A DNA stretch of 64,000 bases from Macrostomum hystrix (Eukaryota; Animalia; Platyhelminthes), in the NCBI GenBank assembly GCA_950097015.1, contig CATNEN010000002.1:7502001-7566000 (forward strand), given 5' to 3'. The notes beneath the pieces are model-generated. The model made no database searches, was not told the DNA's origin, and saw only the letters and a list, made by a program, of their open reading frames with translations. The position numbers and the translations under genes were made by a program. Below are positions 36,201 through 62,685 of the stretch, one piece after another; the first letter of the stretch is position 1, and each line of letters begins with the position of its first letter.

Positions 36201-38795
36201 GATCGCAAGCACAAGACTGACCAGGAGAAGGCCGACAAGCGCACTGACTCGGAGCGGGGGAAATACCAGCCCTCTCTGCCAGCCACGCCGTTCCGCCCGG
36301 CGGTTCTGTCCACTTTCTCCGCGTCAGCCGACCTCCGGGGCAAGCACAACAGCAACAGCAGCTGCTGCAGCAGCGTCTGTGGAGGCACAGCCTCTGTTAC
36401 TAACAGTAGTACTCCGCTCACAAAAGTTTCTTCTGTTGAGCGCGACTTGTAAGCAAATTCTTACAGTTGGCCTTTTTACATAAATTAGTTACATTCTCTA
36501 TATGGCGGTATTTTAGTCCTAGACTACCCATCCCATGGTCATAGACTACCCATCCTATGGTCATAAACTACCCATCCTATGGTCATAGACTACCCATCCT
36601 ATGGTCATAGAATACCCATCCTATGGTCATAGACTGCCTATCCTTCAGTCATAGACTACCCATCCTATGGTCATAGACTACCCATCCTATGGTCATAGAC
36701 TACCCATCCTATGGTCATAGACTACCCATCCTATGGTCATAGACTACCCATCCTATGGTCATAGACTACCCATCCTATGGTCATAGACTACCCATCCTAT
36801 GGTCATAGACTACCCATCCTATGGTCATAGACTGCCCATCCTTCAGTCATAGACTACCCATATTTTAGACTGACCCTCTCCTCACCCAGGAAGCATCTGC
36901 AGCACCAGAAGCACCGGTTGAGCGGAGTCAGCCCTAGCGTGTCCACCGGCAGTCCTGTGTCCTCATATTCGCCACCGCCTCAGCAGCTGCTGCCGCAGTC
37001 GCACTCTTCAATGCCAGCTCTGACAGCCGCTGATAGCTCTGCCGAGATTCTGCAGCAGCTGCCGCCGCCGCCGGCCCAGTCGTCTCCCTCTACCGTTTCG
37101 CCATCGTCTTCGCCTCGCCGCGTAGCCGATTGGTTGGAGCAAAACCGGTTCCAACCGGATCTGATTTGCCGGCTGGCCAATTACAGCGGAGCTGATCTGC
37201 TGCGCCTCAGCCGGTCCGATTTGGCCCAGATCTGCGGCCGGGCCGAGGGCGTCCGCATGGCTAACCGCTTGGCCGACCGGCCCCTCAACAGGCCTCGTCT
37301 GGTATTTTATGTCAGCCAGGAAAGCGAGAGTGGTGAGTTCCCATCTCAACTAGCCCCGAGTACGAATCCCCAACTCGACCTGAGTTCGAATCCATAACTT
37401 GCCTTGAGTTCGAATCCCCATCTAGCCCTGAGTTCGAATCCCCAACTTTCCCTGAGTTCGAATCCCTAACTTGCCCTGAGTTCGAATCCCCATCTAGCCC
37501 TGAGTTCGAATCCCCAACTTTCCCTGAGTTCGAATCGCTAACTAGCCCTGAGTTCGAATCCCTAACTTGCCCTGAGTTCGAATCCCCAACTTTCCGAGTT
37601 CGAATCGCTAACTAGCCCTGAGTTCGAATCCCTAACTAGCCCCGAGTTCGAATCCCCAACTTGCCCTGAGTTCGAATCCCTAGCTAGCCCTGAGTTCGAA
37701 TCCCTAACTAGCCCTGAGTTCGAATCCCTAACTTGCCCTGAGTTCGAATTCCCAACTTGCCTTGAGTTCGAATCCCCAACTAGCCCTGACTTCGAATCCC
37801 TAACTTGCCATGAGTTCGAATCCCCAACTTGCCATGAGTTCGAATCCCTAACTTGCCATGAGTTCGAATCCCCAACTTGCCATGAGTTCGAATCCCTAAC
37901 TTGCCATGAGTTCGAATCCCTAACTTGCCATGAGTTCGAATCCCCAACTTGCCATGAGTTCGAATCCCTAACTGCCCTATGCTCGAATCCTAGATTGATT
38001 CCCCAGATTCTTCAGTGGCTTATTCATTCTCAATTCCGCTCTGATTATTATTCGATGCCAAACCGTGGTTTGCAGTGTTCCACCCAGTCTACCTGAGCCA
38101 GCTGCTGCAGTCTGAACTCTTCACTAAAGTAGCCGGCCTGTTTCAGTCCGATTGGGATAAAATCTCCCAGATCCTGCTGCAAGGCCCAGGCGGTATTCCC
38201 GTGTGCATCACGGATGAGGTCAGTTTTGTTTTGCAATCTAAATTTCTACCACCTCTTTTGCCTGGCTGTAAGCAAACACTTATGGGGGTCATATTTTTCT
38301 CTCAATCTGGCCAATCTGTTTGAGTAGGTATTCGAGTAGCATTAGCCAGGAGAATGGAATGTGAGTCTGAGGCATCTTGAAGCTCACCGGGGAGTCCACC
38401 CAGCGGTAGCCACAAGTTTTAGTTAGTCAGAAATCTGCTTAATTGGATTTCACGCGATGCACTACTGGTAGTAGGACGAGTCAAGTCCCACATTTTTTAG
38501 CGAGTATTCTGGACAAATGTTACACAGCATTGTTGTGAGGTTGCATCGTTTTATTTCCCGACTTTTGGAAGCTTCTAATCACAGGGAGACATTGAAATCA
38601 TGGGTGCTCCCTAAGTGCTGAGACTTTGAAATCATTGAAGCTTAGTGGGGATGAGACTTAGCAAATGAAACAACTTTCCCGCAGATGGTGCGTCAGATGG
38701 AGAGCGAGTCCCGCTTCTGTCTGCACTATTCACCGGATGCGCGAGAGCCCGGCCGCTTCAAAATCTTCATGCGGCCGCTCAGTGAGGCCGCTTAA
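33219..38795 (+). CDS. TFCP2: CP2-family transcription factor, LSF/TFCP2 (Gemini-like) subfamily, about 668 aa
   Basis: Exons 33219-33852, 33955-34016, 35347-35691, 36180-36448, 36890-37332, 38076-38218, 38685-38795; phases consistent. Motifs [59 protein letters not shown], SAM domain (YSGADLLRLSRSDL..CG.AEG), QGPGGI. Start Met uncertain. Confidence 0.92.
34042..34414. repeat. 16-bp minisatellite (TCTGACTGACTCTCCR)n
   Basis: Tandem units in TFCP2 intron 2. Confidence 0.95.
35790..36113 (+). mobile_element. tRNA-headed SINE, copy 3 (5'-truncated)
   Basis: B-box-like AGCTCGATTCC; body matches copies 1 and 2 (GGGCAGATGTACACACCTGTG, TGCCTCCTCGCTGGCTGCGGGTCTAGTGTCACC); (TAA)n tail. Confidence 0.85.
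36521..36862. repeat. 22-bp minisatellite (CATCCTATGGTCATAGACTACC)n
   Basis: Tandem units in TFCP2 intron 4. Confidence 0.95.
37340..37990. repeat. 24-bp minisatellite (TGAGTTCGAATCCCYAACTTGCCM)n, each unit with a Pol III B-box
   Basis: About 26 units in TFCP2 intron 5. Confidence 0.95.
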
Positions 38796-38904
38796 GAAAA
38801 TTCTTGTAGAGGCTGAACAAAGTCAAGCCTTCTCCTCATCTGGAATATCCTTATTATATCCTTTGGCTCTCGTACGGGGTCTGTTGACCTCTTTTAATTG
38901 CTTT

Positions 38905-39140
38905 AGCTGACCTCTAGTGTGGGGATCAGCTGACCTCTAGTGTGGGGCTCAGCTGACCTCTTGTGTTGGGGTCAGCTGACCTCTAGTGTGGGGGTCAGCT
39001 GACCTCTAGTGTGGGGATCAGCTGATCTCTTGTGTGGGGATCAGCTGACCTCTAGTGTGGGGCTCAGCTGACCTCTAGTGTGGGGCTCAGCTGACCTCTT
39101 GTGTGGGGGTCAGCTGACCTCTAGTGTGGGGGTCAGCTGA
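38905..39140. repeat. 23-bp minisatellite (CAGCTGACCTCTAGTGTGGGGNT)n downstream of the TFCP2 stop codon
   Basis: About 10 units between the stop (38795) and AATAAA (39249). Confidence 0.9.
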
Positions 39141-39865
39141 ATTTTGAATCTTACCTTTTTTCCAGATGAGGAGAATTTTTGTGCAAGCATGATTTCGTTT
39201 ATTGAGCTAGTTTTTTATTTCACTAATTTAAGCAGCGATTTGCACTATAATAAAGAGTTCTGTACACAGTTTTGACTGCCTGTTAAAGTGCATCCTGCTC
39301 ATTAGCGCCCCACAGTTGAACAAATTAAAAACTCTTAACATTTTTGGCATGCATTTTTACTAGAGTGGTCAGCTGACCCCCTCAGAACACGAGGTAAGCT
39401 GACCACTCTGAGAAAGTGTGTAGTGCTAAGTGTCGTCTGACATAATCGCACAAGTAACTCGGCGCTTATTATAGCTTAACTGTTTAAGCTGGGCTTTAGT
39501 TAATGCCACTTTATTTAATTTCCACCGTACTTAGTAATGCGACATAATTTTTTGTATTCTACTTTTACATTTATTATGAACACTTAGCTTTATCAATTTA
39601 TTATGTGTATATATTATATTAGACTCCAAGGCGTCCCTCTTTTAGCTCTTTAGTCAGTAATGCGAAAAAAAATTTTTACAGATTTTAAAGATTTTTTCGG
39701 CGTCTTAATAGCGCAGTTTAATTTTGCGTTTATTATTATCTATTGTGTTGTTGCATTACTACTTTTTAGTTTCTTTTGATTTTTTGTGCACTATTAAATC
39801 CTTGACCTGAATCTTGAGCTGGTGGTTCAGCGGGACGAAACGATGCGGCTTGCTCGGCTGCGCAG

Positions 39866-40080
39866 GGAGTGAGGTGGGTGGCTTAATTAGGCAGGGGGTG
39901 AGGTGGGTGGCTCAATTGGGCAGGGAGTGAGGTGGGTGGCTCAGCTGGGCAGGGAGTGAGGTGGGTGGCTCAGCTGGGCAGGGAGTGAGGTGTGAATCAG
40001 CTGGGCAGGGAGTGAGGTGGGTGGCTTAACTGGACAGGGAGTCAGGTGTGAATTTGCTGGGCAGGGAGTGAGGTGGGTGG
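39866..40080. repeat. About 29-bp G-rich degenerate repeat (GGGCAGGGAGTGAGGTGGGTGGCTCAGCT)n
   Basis: About 7 imperfect units. Confidence 0.8.
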
Positions 40081-40694
40081 TTGACAGAAGATCCAGTGCA
40101 GATTTAATTTATAAGATCGTTGGGTCGTTGCTTAAAACTCACAGTAAGCAATTCAAAACAGATCTGTTTCTCTGCAGTCAAAGTTTTTATTCAAATCTAA
40201 TATGTTCTAAGCAACGACCCCGTCAGAAGTTTATAATGCAAAGAAAATTATTTCGAAGAAAACCAAAGACTGAATTTTATTTCTATCGGCTTTGGTTGCC
40301 TCGAATTGGTTGTTAACTCTGTATCACAGTTAAACTTTATTATGTGCGAATAAAACTAATAATTAATTAGATTTGTGCGATACAGTTCTTAGCTTTGACA
40401 CGCTTGCAATATCGTGTGCGCATTCAGTGTCGGTGCAGTCTGCACTCTCGCAGTTGGACCGACTCTGTATTCGCCTTGGTTTTCGGTTTTTTGTTTCTTT
40501 TCGTTGCTTTCTCACTTTTCAATAGTTTTTTTGTGTTTTTTTCGGTGGCCTTTCGCGGCTGATGTGCAACAGCAATAAAAATTATGAATATTGCCGTGCT
40601 GATTTTGACTGCGGCTGTGTATCACGCAACCTTTGTCGGCTCAGTGTGAGGCCATCTTCCATTCTGACACTTCATTGTGAAATAACTAACTAAC

Positions 40695-41368
40695 TAGCTG
40701 GAGTCATGCATACCTAGTGTTGTAGCTGGAGTCATGCATACCTAGTGTTGTAGCTGGAGTCATGCATACCTAGTGTTGTAGCTGGAGTCATGCATACCTA
40801 GTGTTGTAGCTGGAGTCATGCATACCTAGTGTTGTAGCTGGAGTCATGCATACCTAGTGTTGTAGTTGGAGTTATGCATACCTAGTGTTGTATCTGGAGT
40901 CATGCATACCTAGTGTTGTAGCTGGAGTCATGCATACCTAGTGTTGTAGCTGGAGTCATGCATACCTAGTGTTGTAGCTGGGGTCATGCATACCTAGTGT
41001 TGTAGCTGGAGTCATGCCTACCTAGTGTTGTAGCTGGAGTCATGCATACCTAGTGTTGTAGCTGGAGTCATGCATACCTAGTGTTGTAGTTGGAGTCATG
41101 CATACCTAGTGTTGTAGCTGGAGTCATGCATACCTAGTGTTGTAGTTGGAGTCATGCCTACCTAGTGTTGTAGCTGGAGTCATGCATACCTAGTGTTGTA
41201 GCTGGAGTCATGCATACCTAGTGTTGTAGTTGGAGTCATGCATACCTAGTGTTGTAGCTGGAGTCATGCATACCTAGTGTTGTAGCTGGGGTCATGCATA
41301 CCTAGTGTTGTAGCTGGAGTCATGCATACCTAGTGTTGTAGTTGGAGTCATGCATACCTAGTGTTGTA
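40695..41368. repeat. 28-bp minisatellite (CCTAGTGTTGTAGCTGGAGTCATGCATA)n
   Basis: About 24 near-identical units, intergenic. Confidence 0.96.
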
Positions 41369-42382
41369 CCTAGGTTCTTAGCTAGAACTGTTCCTAGGTT
41401 CTTAGCTCTAAAATCGCAGTAAAGTTTATAGCTATTGATTGTACTTTGTGTTGTTATTTGATTATTTTTTAACTCGGTCAAGTGTCCATACTGTCTGAGC
41501 TGATCTAGAAAATGGTCTTGTTTTGAGTTTATATTGTATCCCACAGGGCTGTTGTCATTGTTGGAATGACTCAGTTCAGCTCGTACTCGTTGTGAAGATA
41601 AGATTATTTGGTTTTTCGGATGCTTATAGGGCTGAGCAATGTTAATGAGACATTTAGATCAGCTTCAATTTAACTCCCTGGTCTATTTAGCATAAGCTGT
41701 GTCGGATTTCACTGTTGTCCTCGACAAACCGAAGAACTTTGAATGAGGCTCAGAAACAGGCAGAGCCAGTTGAGTCCGTAAGAGTGCACGCGCTGCTAGT
41801 TAAATGCTCTCACAGGACTCAAAACCCTGTCTTTCTCTCTCAATATCTTAATCGACCATTGGCGTACTAGTCGCGCTAACGCAGCCTGTTTATTTCCTCG
41901 GAGCCTTGGGCGCTGTTCGTGAAGCAATATTTAAGAAGGACCGGGGCACACAAACTAAGACAGCCCTGAGCAGCAGGTAAGAAGAAGAGACACAATCATG
42001 CTGGGGCCTAGAGATAAGCTTTTGTTGGCCTATTGCCAACGTGAGCTCTGTACAGAAACTGAGTTCGCTCAGCCTAGTGCACTTTGCTGCTGCAATGATG
42101 GATGCTCGCGTCACGTGTTTACCTAGGCCTTCTTATTATTTCGCTGTTCTTTACTCGCCCTCGGATATGCAGCTGTTAGCGGAGTTTTGCCCTCTGTTTC
42201 CGTGTAAGACTATTGGCAGGGGGTATTGCTTGAACTAAGGCCAGCTTACAACAGCCTTGGATACCCACCGGTGTAAACACTGCCTACTTTTCTCTGAGTC
42301 TGTGGCCGCCTCGTAGTTACAAGGGGCTTTGCGTGACTGAGGCATACGAACTATTCTCTGTGATACAGTTAGGATTCTACTA

Positions 42383-44575
42383 GTGAGAGTGGTGATTGTG
42401 GTGAGACAGTGGTGATTGTGGTGAGACAGTGCTGATTGTGGTGAGACAGTGGTGATTGTGGTGAGACAGTGGTGATTGAGGTGAGACAGTGGTGATTGTG
42501 GTGAGACAGTGGTGATTGTGGTGAGACAGTGGTGATTGTGGTGAGACAGTGGTGATTGTGGTGAGACAGTGGTGATTGTGGTGAGACAGTGCTGATTGTG
42601 GTGAGACAGTGGTGATTGTGGTGAGACAGTGGTGATTGAGGTGAGACAGTGGTGATTGTGGTGAGACAGTGGTGATTGAGGTGAGACAGTGGTGATTGAG
42701 GTGAGGCTGTGGTGATTGAGGTGAGACAGTGGTGATTGAGGTGAGACAGTGGTGATTGTGGTGAGACAGTGGTGATTGTGGTGAGACAGTGGTGATTGTG
42801 GTGAGGCTGTGGTGATTGTGATTCTTGGGAGAGAGTTGTGATTGTGGTGAAGCAATGGGATATTTGCTTGCCAGTGGGATTCTAGTGAGGCAGGGTGGAT
42901 TCTAGTGAGGCAGGGGGGAATCTAGTGAGGCAGGGTGGATTCTAGTGAGGCAGGGGGGATTCTAGTGAGGCAGTGGTGATTGAGGTGAGACAGTGGTGAT
43001 TGTGGTGAGACAGTGGTGATGGTGGTGAGACAGTGGTGATGGTGGTGAGACAGTGGTGATTGTGGTGAGGCTGTGGTGATTGTGATTCTTGGGAGAGAGT
43101 TGTGATTGTGGTGAAGCGATGGGATATTTGCTTGCCAGTGGATTCTAGTGAGGCAGTGGGGATTCTAGTGAGGCAGTAGGGATTCTAGTGAGGCAGGGGG
43201 GATTCTAGTGAGGCAGTGGGGATTCTAGTTGGTTAGGCAGTGGGGATTCTAGTGAGGCAGTGGGGATGATAGCAAGGCAGGGGGGATTCTAGCAAGGCAG
43301 GGGGGATTCTAGCGAGGCAGTGGGGATGATAGCAAGGCAGGGGGGATTCAAGTGAGGCAGGGGGGATTCTAGCAAGGCAGGGGGGATTCTAGCGAGGCAG
43401 TGGGGATTCTAGTGAGGCAGTGGGGATGATAGCAAGGCAGGGGGATTCTAGCAAGGCAGGGGGGATTCTAGCGAGGCAGTGGGGATGATAGCAAGGCAGG
43501 GGGGATTCAAGTGAGGCAGGGGGGATTCTAGCAAGGCAGGGGGGATTCTAGCGAGGCAGTGGGGATTCTAGTGAGGCAGTGGGGATTCTAGTGAGGCAGT
43601 GGTGATTGAGGTGAGACAGTGGTGATTGTGGTGAGACAGTGGTGATGGTGGTGAGACAGTGGTGATGGTGGTGAGACAGTGGTGATTGTGGTGAGGCTGT
43701 GGTGATTGTGATTCTTGGGAGAGAGTTGTGATTGTGGTGAAGCGATGGGATATTTGCTTGCCAGTGGGATTCTAGTGAGGCAGTGGGGATTCTAGTGAGG
43801 CAGTAGGGATTCTAGTGAGGCAGGGGGGATTCTAGTGAGGCAGTGGGGATTCTAGTTGGTTAGGCAGTGGGGATTCTAGTGAGGCAGTGGGGATGATAGC
43901 AAGGCAGGGGGGATTCTAGCAAGGCAGGGGGGATTCTAGCGAGGCAGTGGGGATGATAGCAAGGCAGGGGGGATTCAAGTGAGGCAGGGGGGATTCTAGC
44001 AAGGCAGGGGGGATTCTAGCGAGGCAGTGGGGATTCTAGTGAGGCAGTGGGGATGATAGCAAGGCAGGGGGATTCTAGCAAGGCAGGGGGGATTCTAGCG
44101 AGGCAGTGGGGATGATAGCAAGGCAGGGGGGATTCAAGTGAGGCAGGGGGATTCTAGCAAGGCAGGGGGGATTCTAGCGAGGCAGTGGGGATTCTAGTGA
44201 GGCAGTGGGGATGATAGCAAGGCAGTGGGGATTCTAGCGAGGCAGTGGGGATTCTAGTGAGGCAGTGGGGATGATAGTAAGGCAGGGGGGATTCTAGCAA
44301 GGCAGTGGGGATGATAGCAAGGCAGGGGGGATTCTAGCAAGGCAGTGGGGATGATAGCAAGGCAGGGGGGATTCAAGTGAGGCAGTGGGGATGATAGCAA
44401 GGCAGTGGGGATTCTAGCGAGGCAGTAGGGATTCTAGTGAGGCAGTGGGGATTCTAGTGAGGCAGTGGGGATTCTAGCGAGGCAGTAGGGATGATAGCAA
44501 GGCAGGGGGGATTCTAGCGAGGCAGTGGGGATTCTAGTGAGGCAGGGGGGATTCTAGTTGGTTAGGCAGTGGGAT
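42383..44575. repeat. Composite higher-order satellite: 20-bp GTGAGACAGTGGTGATTGTG blocks alternating with about 21-bp GATTCTAGTGAGGCAGTGGGG blocks
   Basis: A unique linker (ATTCTTGGGAGAGAGTTGTG...GCTTGCCAGTG) recurs at about 42821, 43085 and 43711. Confidence 0.93.
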
Positions 44576-45242
44576 TATATGAGGCAGTGAAGTGCAATTT
44601 TAATCTCCAAGTGCATCACAGCTTAAAGCTTAACGTGTCGGAATATGCAAGTCATTCATTGCTATATCAGACTCACACAATTTTTTACGTTTTAAAAAGT
44701 GCGATAATCAGGGCTTGTTGTTTTCAGCTTAGGTAAGCAAGTTTCATTTGGCTAGATAAAACATCTACAGCAGCTAAATATAGCTCGCGTTATCGTAATT
44801 CACTCGTTTTAAAACGGGTTGCACATTCAGAGGAGTTCCCTGCTCTGATTGACTCATCCCCAATGTAAATCCGCAATCATTAATCTGTGCACTGAAAATT
44901 TATTTTTCGAGCTTGCATTAATAAAAAATTGAGATCTTAAAAGAAGAAAAAATAACGCTTTTTGCACCTGCTCAAAGGCCTCGACTCTCTTATCTGCTCA
45001 GATGTCAGTCAAATTTCCAAGACTGTGAGCTCTGAAATTGGTCTGGCCACAATGGTAGTGGCTGCTTTTACTCAATATTGGCCTCACAACACGCTCTCTT
45101 CATGTCACTGAGGCCATGGCTGTGGGCTTTGGGTCCACTCGAGCGGAAAATCCAAGGTTTCTGCTGAGTGCAAAGTGCATGTACAACTACAGTCAATCTT
45201 CTGACTGAGTGTTCTCGACTGATTAATGGGTAACCGCTTAAT

Positions 45243-45702
45243 TGGAAGGCTGCCACCCTCGCCCCAGAACTGGCTGTGTGGAAGGCTGCCACCCTCGCCC
45301 CAGAACTGGCTTTGTGGAAGGCTGCCACCCTCGCCCCAGAACTGGCTGTGTGGAAGTCTGCCACCCTCGCCCCAGAACTGGCTGTGTGGAAGGCTGCCAC
45401 CCTCGCCCCAGAACTGGCTGTGTGGAAGGCTGCCACCCTCGCCCCAGAACTGGCTGTGTGGAAGGCTGCCACCCTCACCTCAGAACTGGCTGTGTGGAAG
45501 GCTGCCACCCTCGCCCCAGAACTGGCTGTGTGGAAGGCTGCCACCCTCGCCCCAGAACTGGCTTTGTGGAAGGCTGCCACCCTCGCCCCAGAACTGGCTT
45601 TGTGGAAGGCTGCCACCCTCGCCCCAGAACTGGCTTTGTGGAAGGCTGCCACCCTCGCCCCAGAACTGGCTGTGTGGAAGGCTGCCACCCTCGCCCCAGA
45701 AC
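45243..45702. repeat. 36-bp minisatellite (TGGAAGGCTGCCACCCTCGCCCCAGAACTGGCTGTG)n
   Basis: About 13 units. Confidence 0.95.
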
Positions 45703-46620
45703 TTGTCTTACAAAATTTGTCTTTCACACCTTCGCTGCTACAAGAGAAATGTGCGAACTTCTGTCTGCGCTCATGCTAACATGCAGTCCTACAATCTAAC
45801 AGGTTTGAGTCCCAATTTGAGACTATCAGATTGCCGAGCAGCGCTGTTGCTCGCTGTAGCTTCACGCCCGTTTCCGTGCAATTTTCATTCATTTTTTTGT
45901 GAGAGCAAAGTTTGCGCACAGACACGGTGCGCGCCACTGCTCGGCGTACTTTCCTTCGCCAGCCAACGGCTGAGTCACCAACTCCTCCGCTGCTTAAGAC
46001 ATATCTGGGCACATTTTTAGAAAAACTATCGGCCTAATAAAGGCCTTTAGGCCGGGCAAGAATATATTTTCGACTAACCGAGCCCCAACCTCACTGCCCG
46101 AGTCAGCCAATGGCAGCCTGCCTGCCTGCCTGCCTGCCTGAGGCGCTGTGTTTGCTTCATTCTAAGTCTGTTGCTTCTTCTCTCAACTCAACTCAACAAC
46201 GGGGGGAGACATTGTGCGTGCGGAGGTTGGGGTGGGGCGGGGGCGAGAGAAGAAGTGCCTACGGCAGTTTGATAAAAAACACACGAGCGCTCACAACCTC
46301 AACTCAAGTCCAGCTTTCAGCAGCCCCTCCGTTTTTACGATAGCCCCCCACGCCACAGTGAGTAGGGCAGCTCAGCGATTCACTTTTCCTGCTCAAATCG
46401 GCACTCCAGTTGGATTGGCAACTGAACTGCTCAACTGAGGTCGCACCGGGCTTCAAATATTATCCACAGAGTTTACGATTTATAAATCTACAGTTTAACA
46501 TCTTCGAGTTTTCTCGTACTTTCGTAAGTCGCTGGAATCGATAGTAGATCAACTTGAAGGCACCACCATAGCATTGGGAATTGCCACTACAGTGGATTGG
46601 TGGATTGGTGAAGTGTTCCA

Positions 46621-47555
46621 TGGGGATTTGGGTGCTCCATTAGGGATTTGGGTGCTCCATTAGGGATTTGGGTGCTCCATTAGGGATTTGGGTGCTCCAT
46701 TAGGGATTTGGGTGCTCCATTAGGGATTTGGGTGCTCCATTAGGGATTTGGGTGCTCCATTAGGGATTTGGGTGCTCCATTAAGGATTTGGGTGCTCCAT
46801 TAGGGATTTGGGTGCTCCACTGGGGATTTGGGTGCTCCATTAGGGATTTGGGTGCTCCATTAGGGATTTGGGTGCTCCATTAAGGATTTGGGTGCTCCAT
46901 TAGGGATTTGGGTGCTCCATTAGGGATTTGGGTGCTCCATTAGGGATTTGGGTGCTCCATTAAGGATTTGGGTGCTCCATTAAGGATTTGGGTGCTCCAT
47001 TAGGGATTTGGGTGCTCCACTGGGGATTTGGGTGCTCCATTAGGGATTTGGGTGCTCCATTAGGGATTTGGGTGCTCCATTAAGGATTTGGGTGCTCCAT
47101 TAGGGATTTGGGTGCTCCATTAAGGATTTGGGTGCTCCATTAGGGATTTGGGTGCTCCATTAGGGATTTGGGTGCTCCATTAGGGATTTGGGTGCTCCAT
47201 TAGGGATTTGGGTGCTCCATTAAGGATTTGGGTGCTCCATTAGGGATTTGGGTGCTCCATTAAGGATTTGGGTGCTCCACTGGGGATTTGGGTGCTCCAT
47301 TGAGGATTTGGGTGTGCCACTGGGGATTTGGGTGCTCCATTAGGGATTTGGGTGCTCCGCTGGGGATTTGGGTGTGCCACTGGGGATTTGGGTGTGCCAC
47401 TGGGGATTTGGGTGTGCCACTGGGGATTTGGGTGTGCCACTGGGGATTTGGGTGTGCCACTGGGGATTTGGGTGTGCCATTAGGGATTTGGGTGTGCCAC
47501 TGGGGATTTGGGTGTGCCACTGGGGATTTGGGTGTGCCACTGGGGATTTGGGTGC
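46621..47555. repeat. 20-bp minisatellite (GGATTTGGGTGCTCCATTAG)n
   Basis: About 46 units just upstream of the semaphorin ATG; the variant GTGCCACTGG dominates the right end. Confidence 0.96.
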
Positions 47556-47787
47556 GTCACTTGGTATTGGAAGGGGTCAAAAATGCTCAATTTGAAGAGA
47601 TTTCCAACACTTGCACTTCTCAACCAGTTATTTAAAAGTGGTGCAAAGCCCATCCATTTGAACCCGCATTCCGCAGCCGCTAGCCTGAGTCTGGCAAAGC
47701 GTGGCAGGTCGCTAGATTGAGCGGTCCTGGTGGTAATGCGAATCGCCAACATCGCCAGCTCGGAATGGAAGCTGACACTCAGCGAGG

Positions 47788-61596
<13,809 letters not shown>

Positions 61597-62384
61597 GAGA
61601 CTCGCTGAGGTGCTCCCAGGAAAATTTGTTCTGTCAGCGAGTTCCAGCAGACCTGAGCTGGAGAGCCTGGGTTGGTGATCCAGTATCCAAGGGCTGTCTC
61701 TAAGCATTTAATCCATTCATCTGCGCTGACTCAGGCCATGTCAGCTGCTGCTCAAGCCGCGACGAAACTTTTCTAGTGTCGGGCTGCTCATCGACTCTCG
61801 CTAGCCATATTTTCATATTCGAATTTATAGAAACTGCTTCCCCGGCCTACTAATGTGTCATTTCCTTCGCTAGTTCCACTCAAATTGTGAAAATTGTGTT
61901 TTTTTCTTTTGTTCAGTACTGTACTTTCTCAAGACGCCACATCCTGACTGTACTAGCTGACAGTTAAATGCTAGAAATTTGCCGGTTAGCCAATCATTAT
62001 AGTTGCTAAGTGCACACCTTTGCATTGTACTATTCGCATAGGCGCTCGGGCTGCAGCATTCGCCTCAGCGAAGGTCTCGGCGGACTGAGCCGCAGTAGCT
62101 GCCAGCTTGACCTGAACTGCTGAATCGTTTCGCCTCCTTCCTGAGCTTCGTCTCGGCGTTACTCGGTCCGAGTTGCTGATAGCTGTTTCGTCTCTGTGCC
62201 ATCCTCCTCTGGCCTCCTCTCTGCCAAGTTTCGCGCTGTGAACCTGTAGCTCTCCTCGATCACTAACTGACGACGCAGCGGCGGCGAAGCCACCTGGCCT
62301 TCCAAAGCTGCGGGATTTCACACCTAGCTGCCCCCAACCCATCCTCCGGTCCCGCGCACTCGCACTCATCCTTGCGCCCCCCTC

Positions 62385-62685
62385 CAGAATCCTCGCCTTC
62401 CACCACAACAGAATCCTCGCCTTCCACCACAACAGAATCCTCGCCTTCCACCACAACAGAATCCTCGCCTTCCACCACAACAGAATCCTCGCCTTCCACC
62501 ACAACAGAATCCTCGTCTTCCACCACAACAGAATCCTCGCCTTCCACTACAACAGAATCCTCGCCTTCCACCACAACAGAATCCTCGCCTTCCACCACAA
62601 CAGAATCCTCGCCTTCCACCACAACAGAATCCTCGCCTTCCACCACAACAGAATCCTCGCCTTCCACCACAACAGAATCCTCGCT
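62385..62685. repeat. 24-bp minisatellite (AGAATCCTCGCCTTCCACCACAAC)n
   Basis: About 12 units. Confidence 0.95.

Noticed and set aside
61986-62380. Possible last exon of a minus-strand gene (VKSRSFGRPGG...LATIMIG*)
   Set aside because: The ORF begins in a minisatellite, has no recognisable homology, and I could not link it to other exons.
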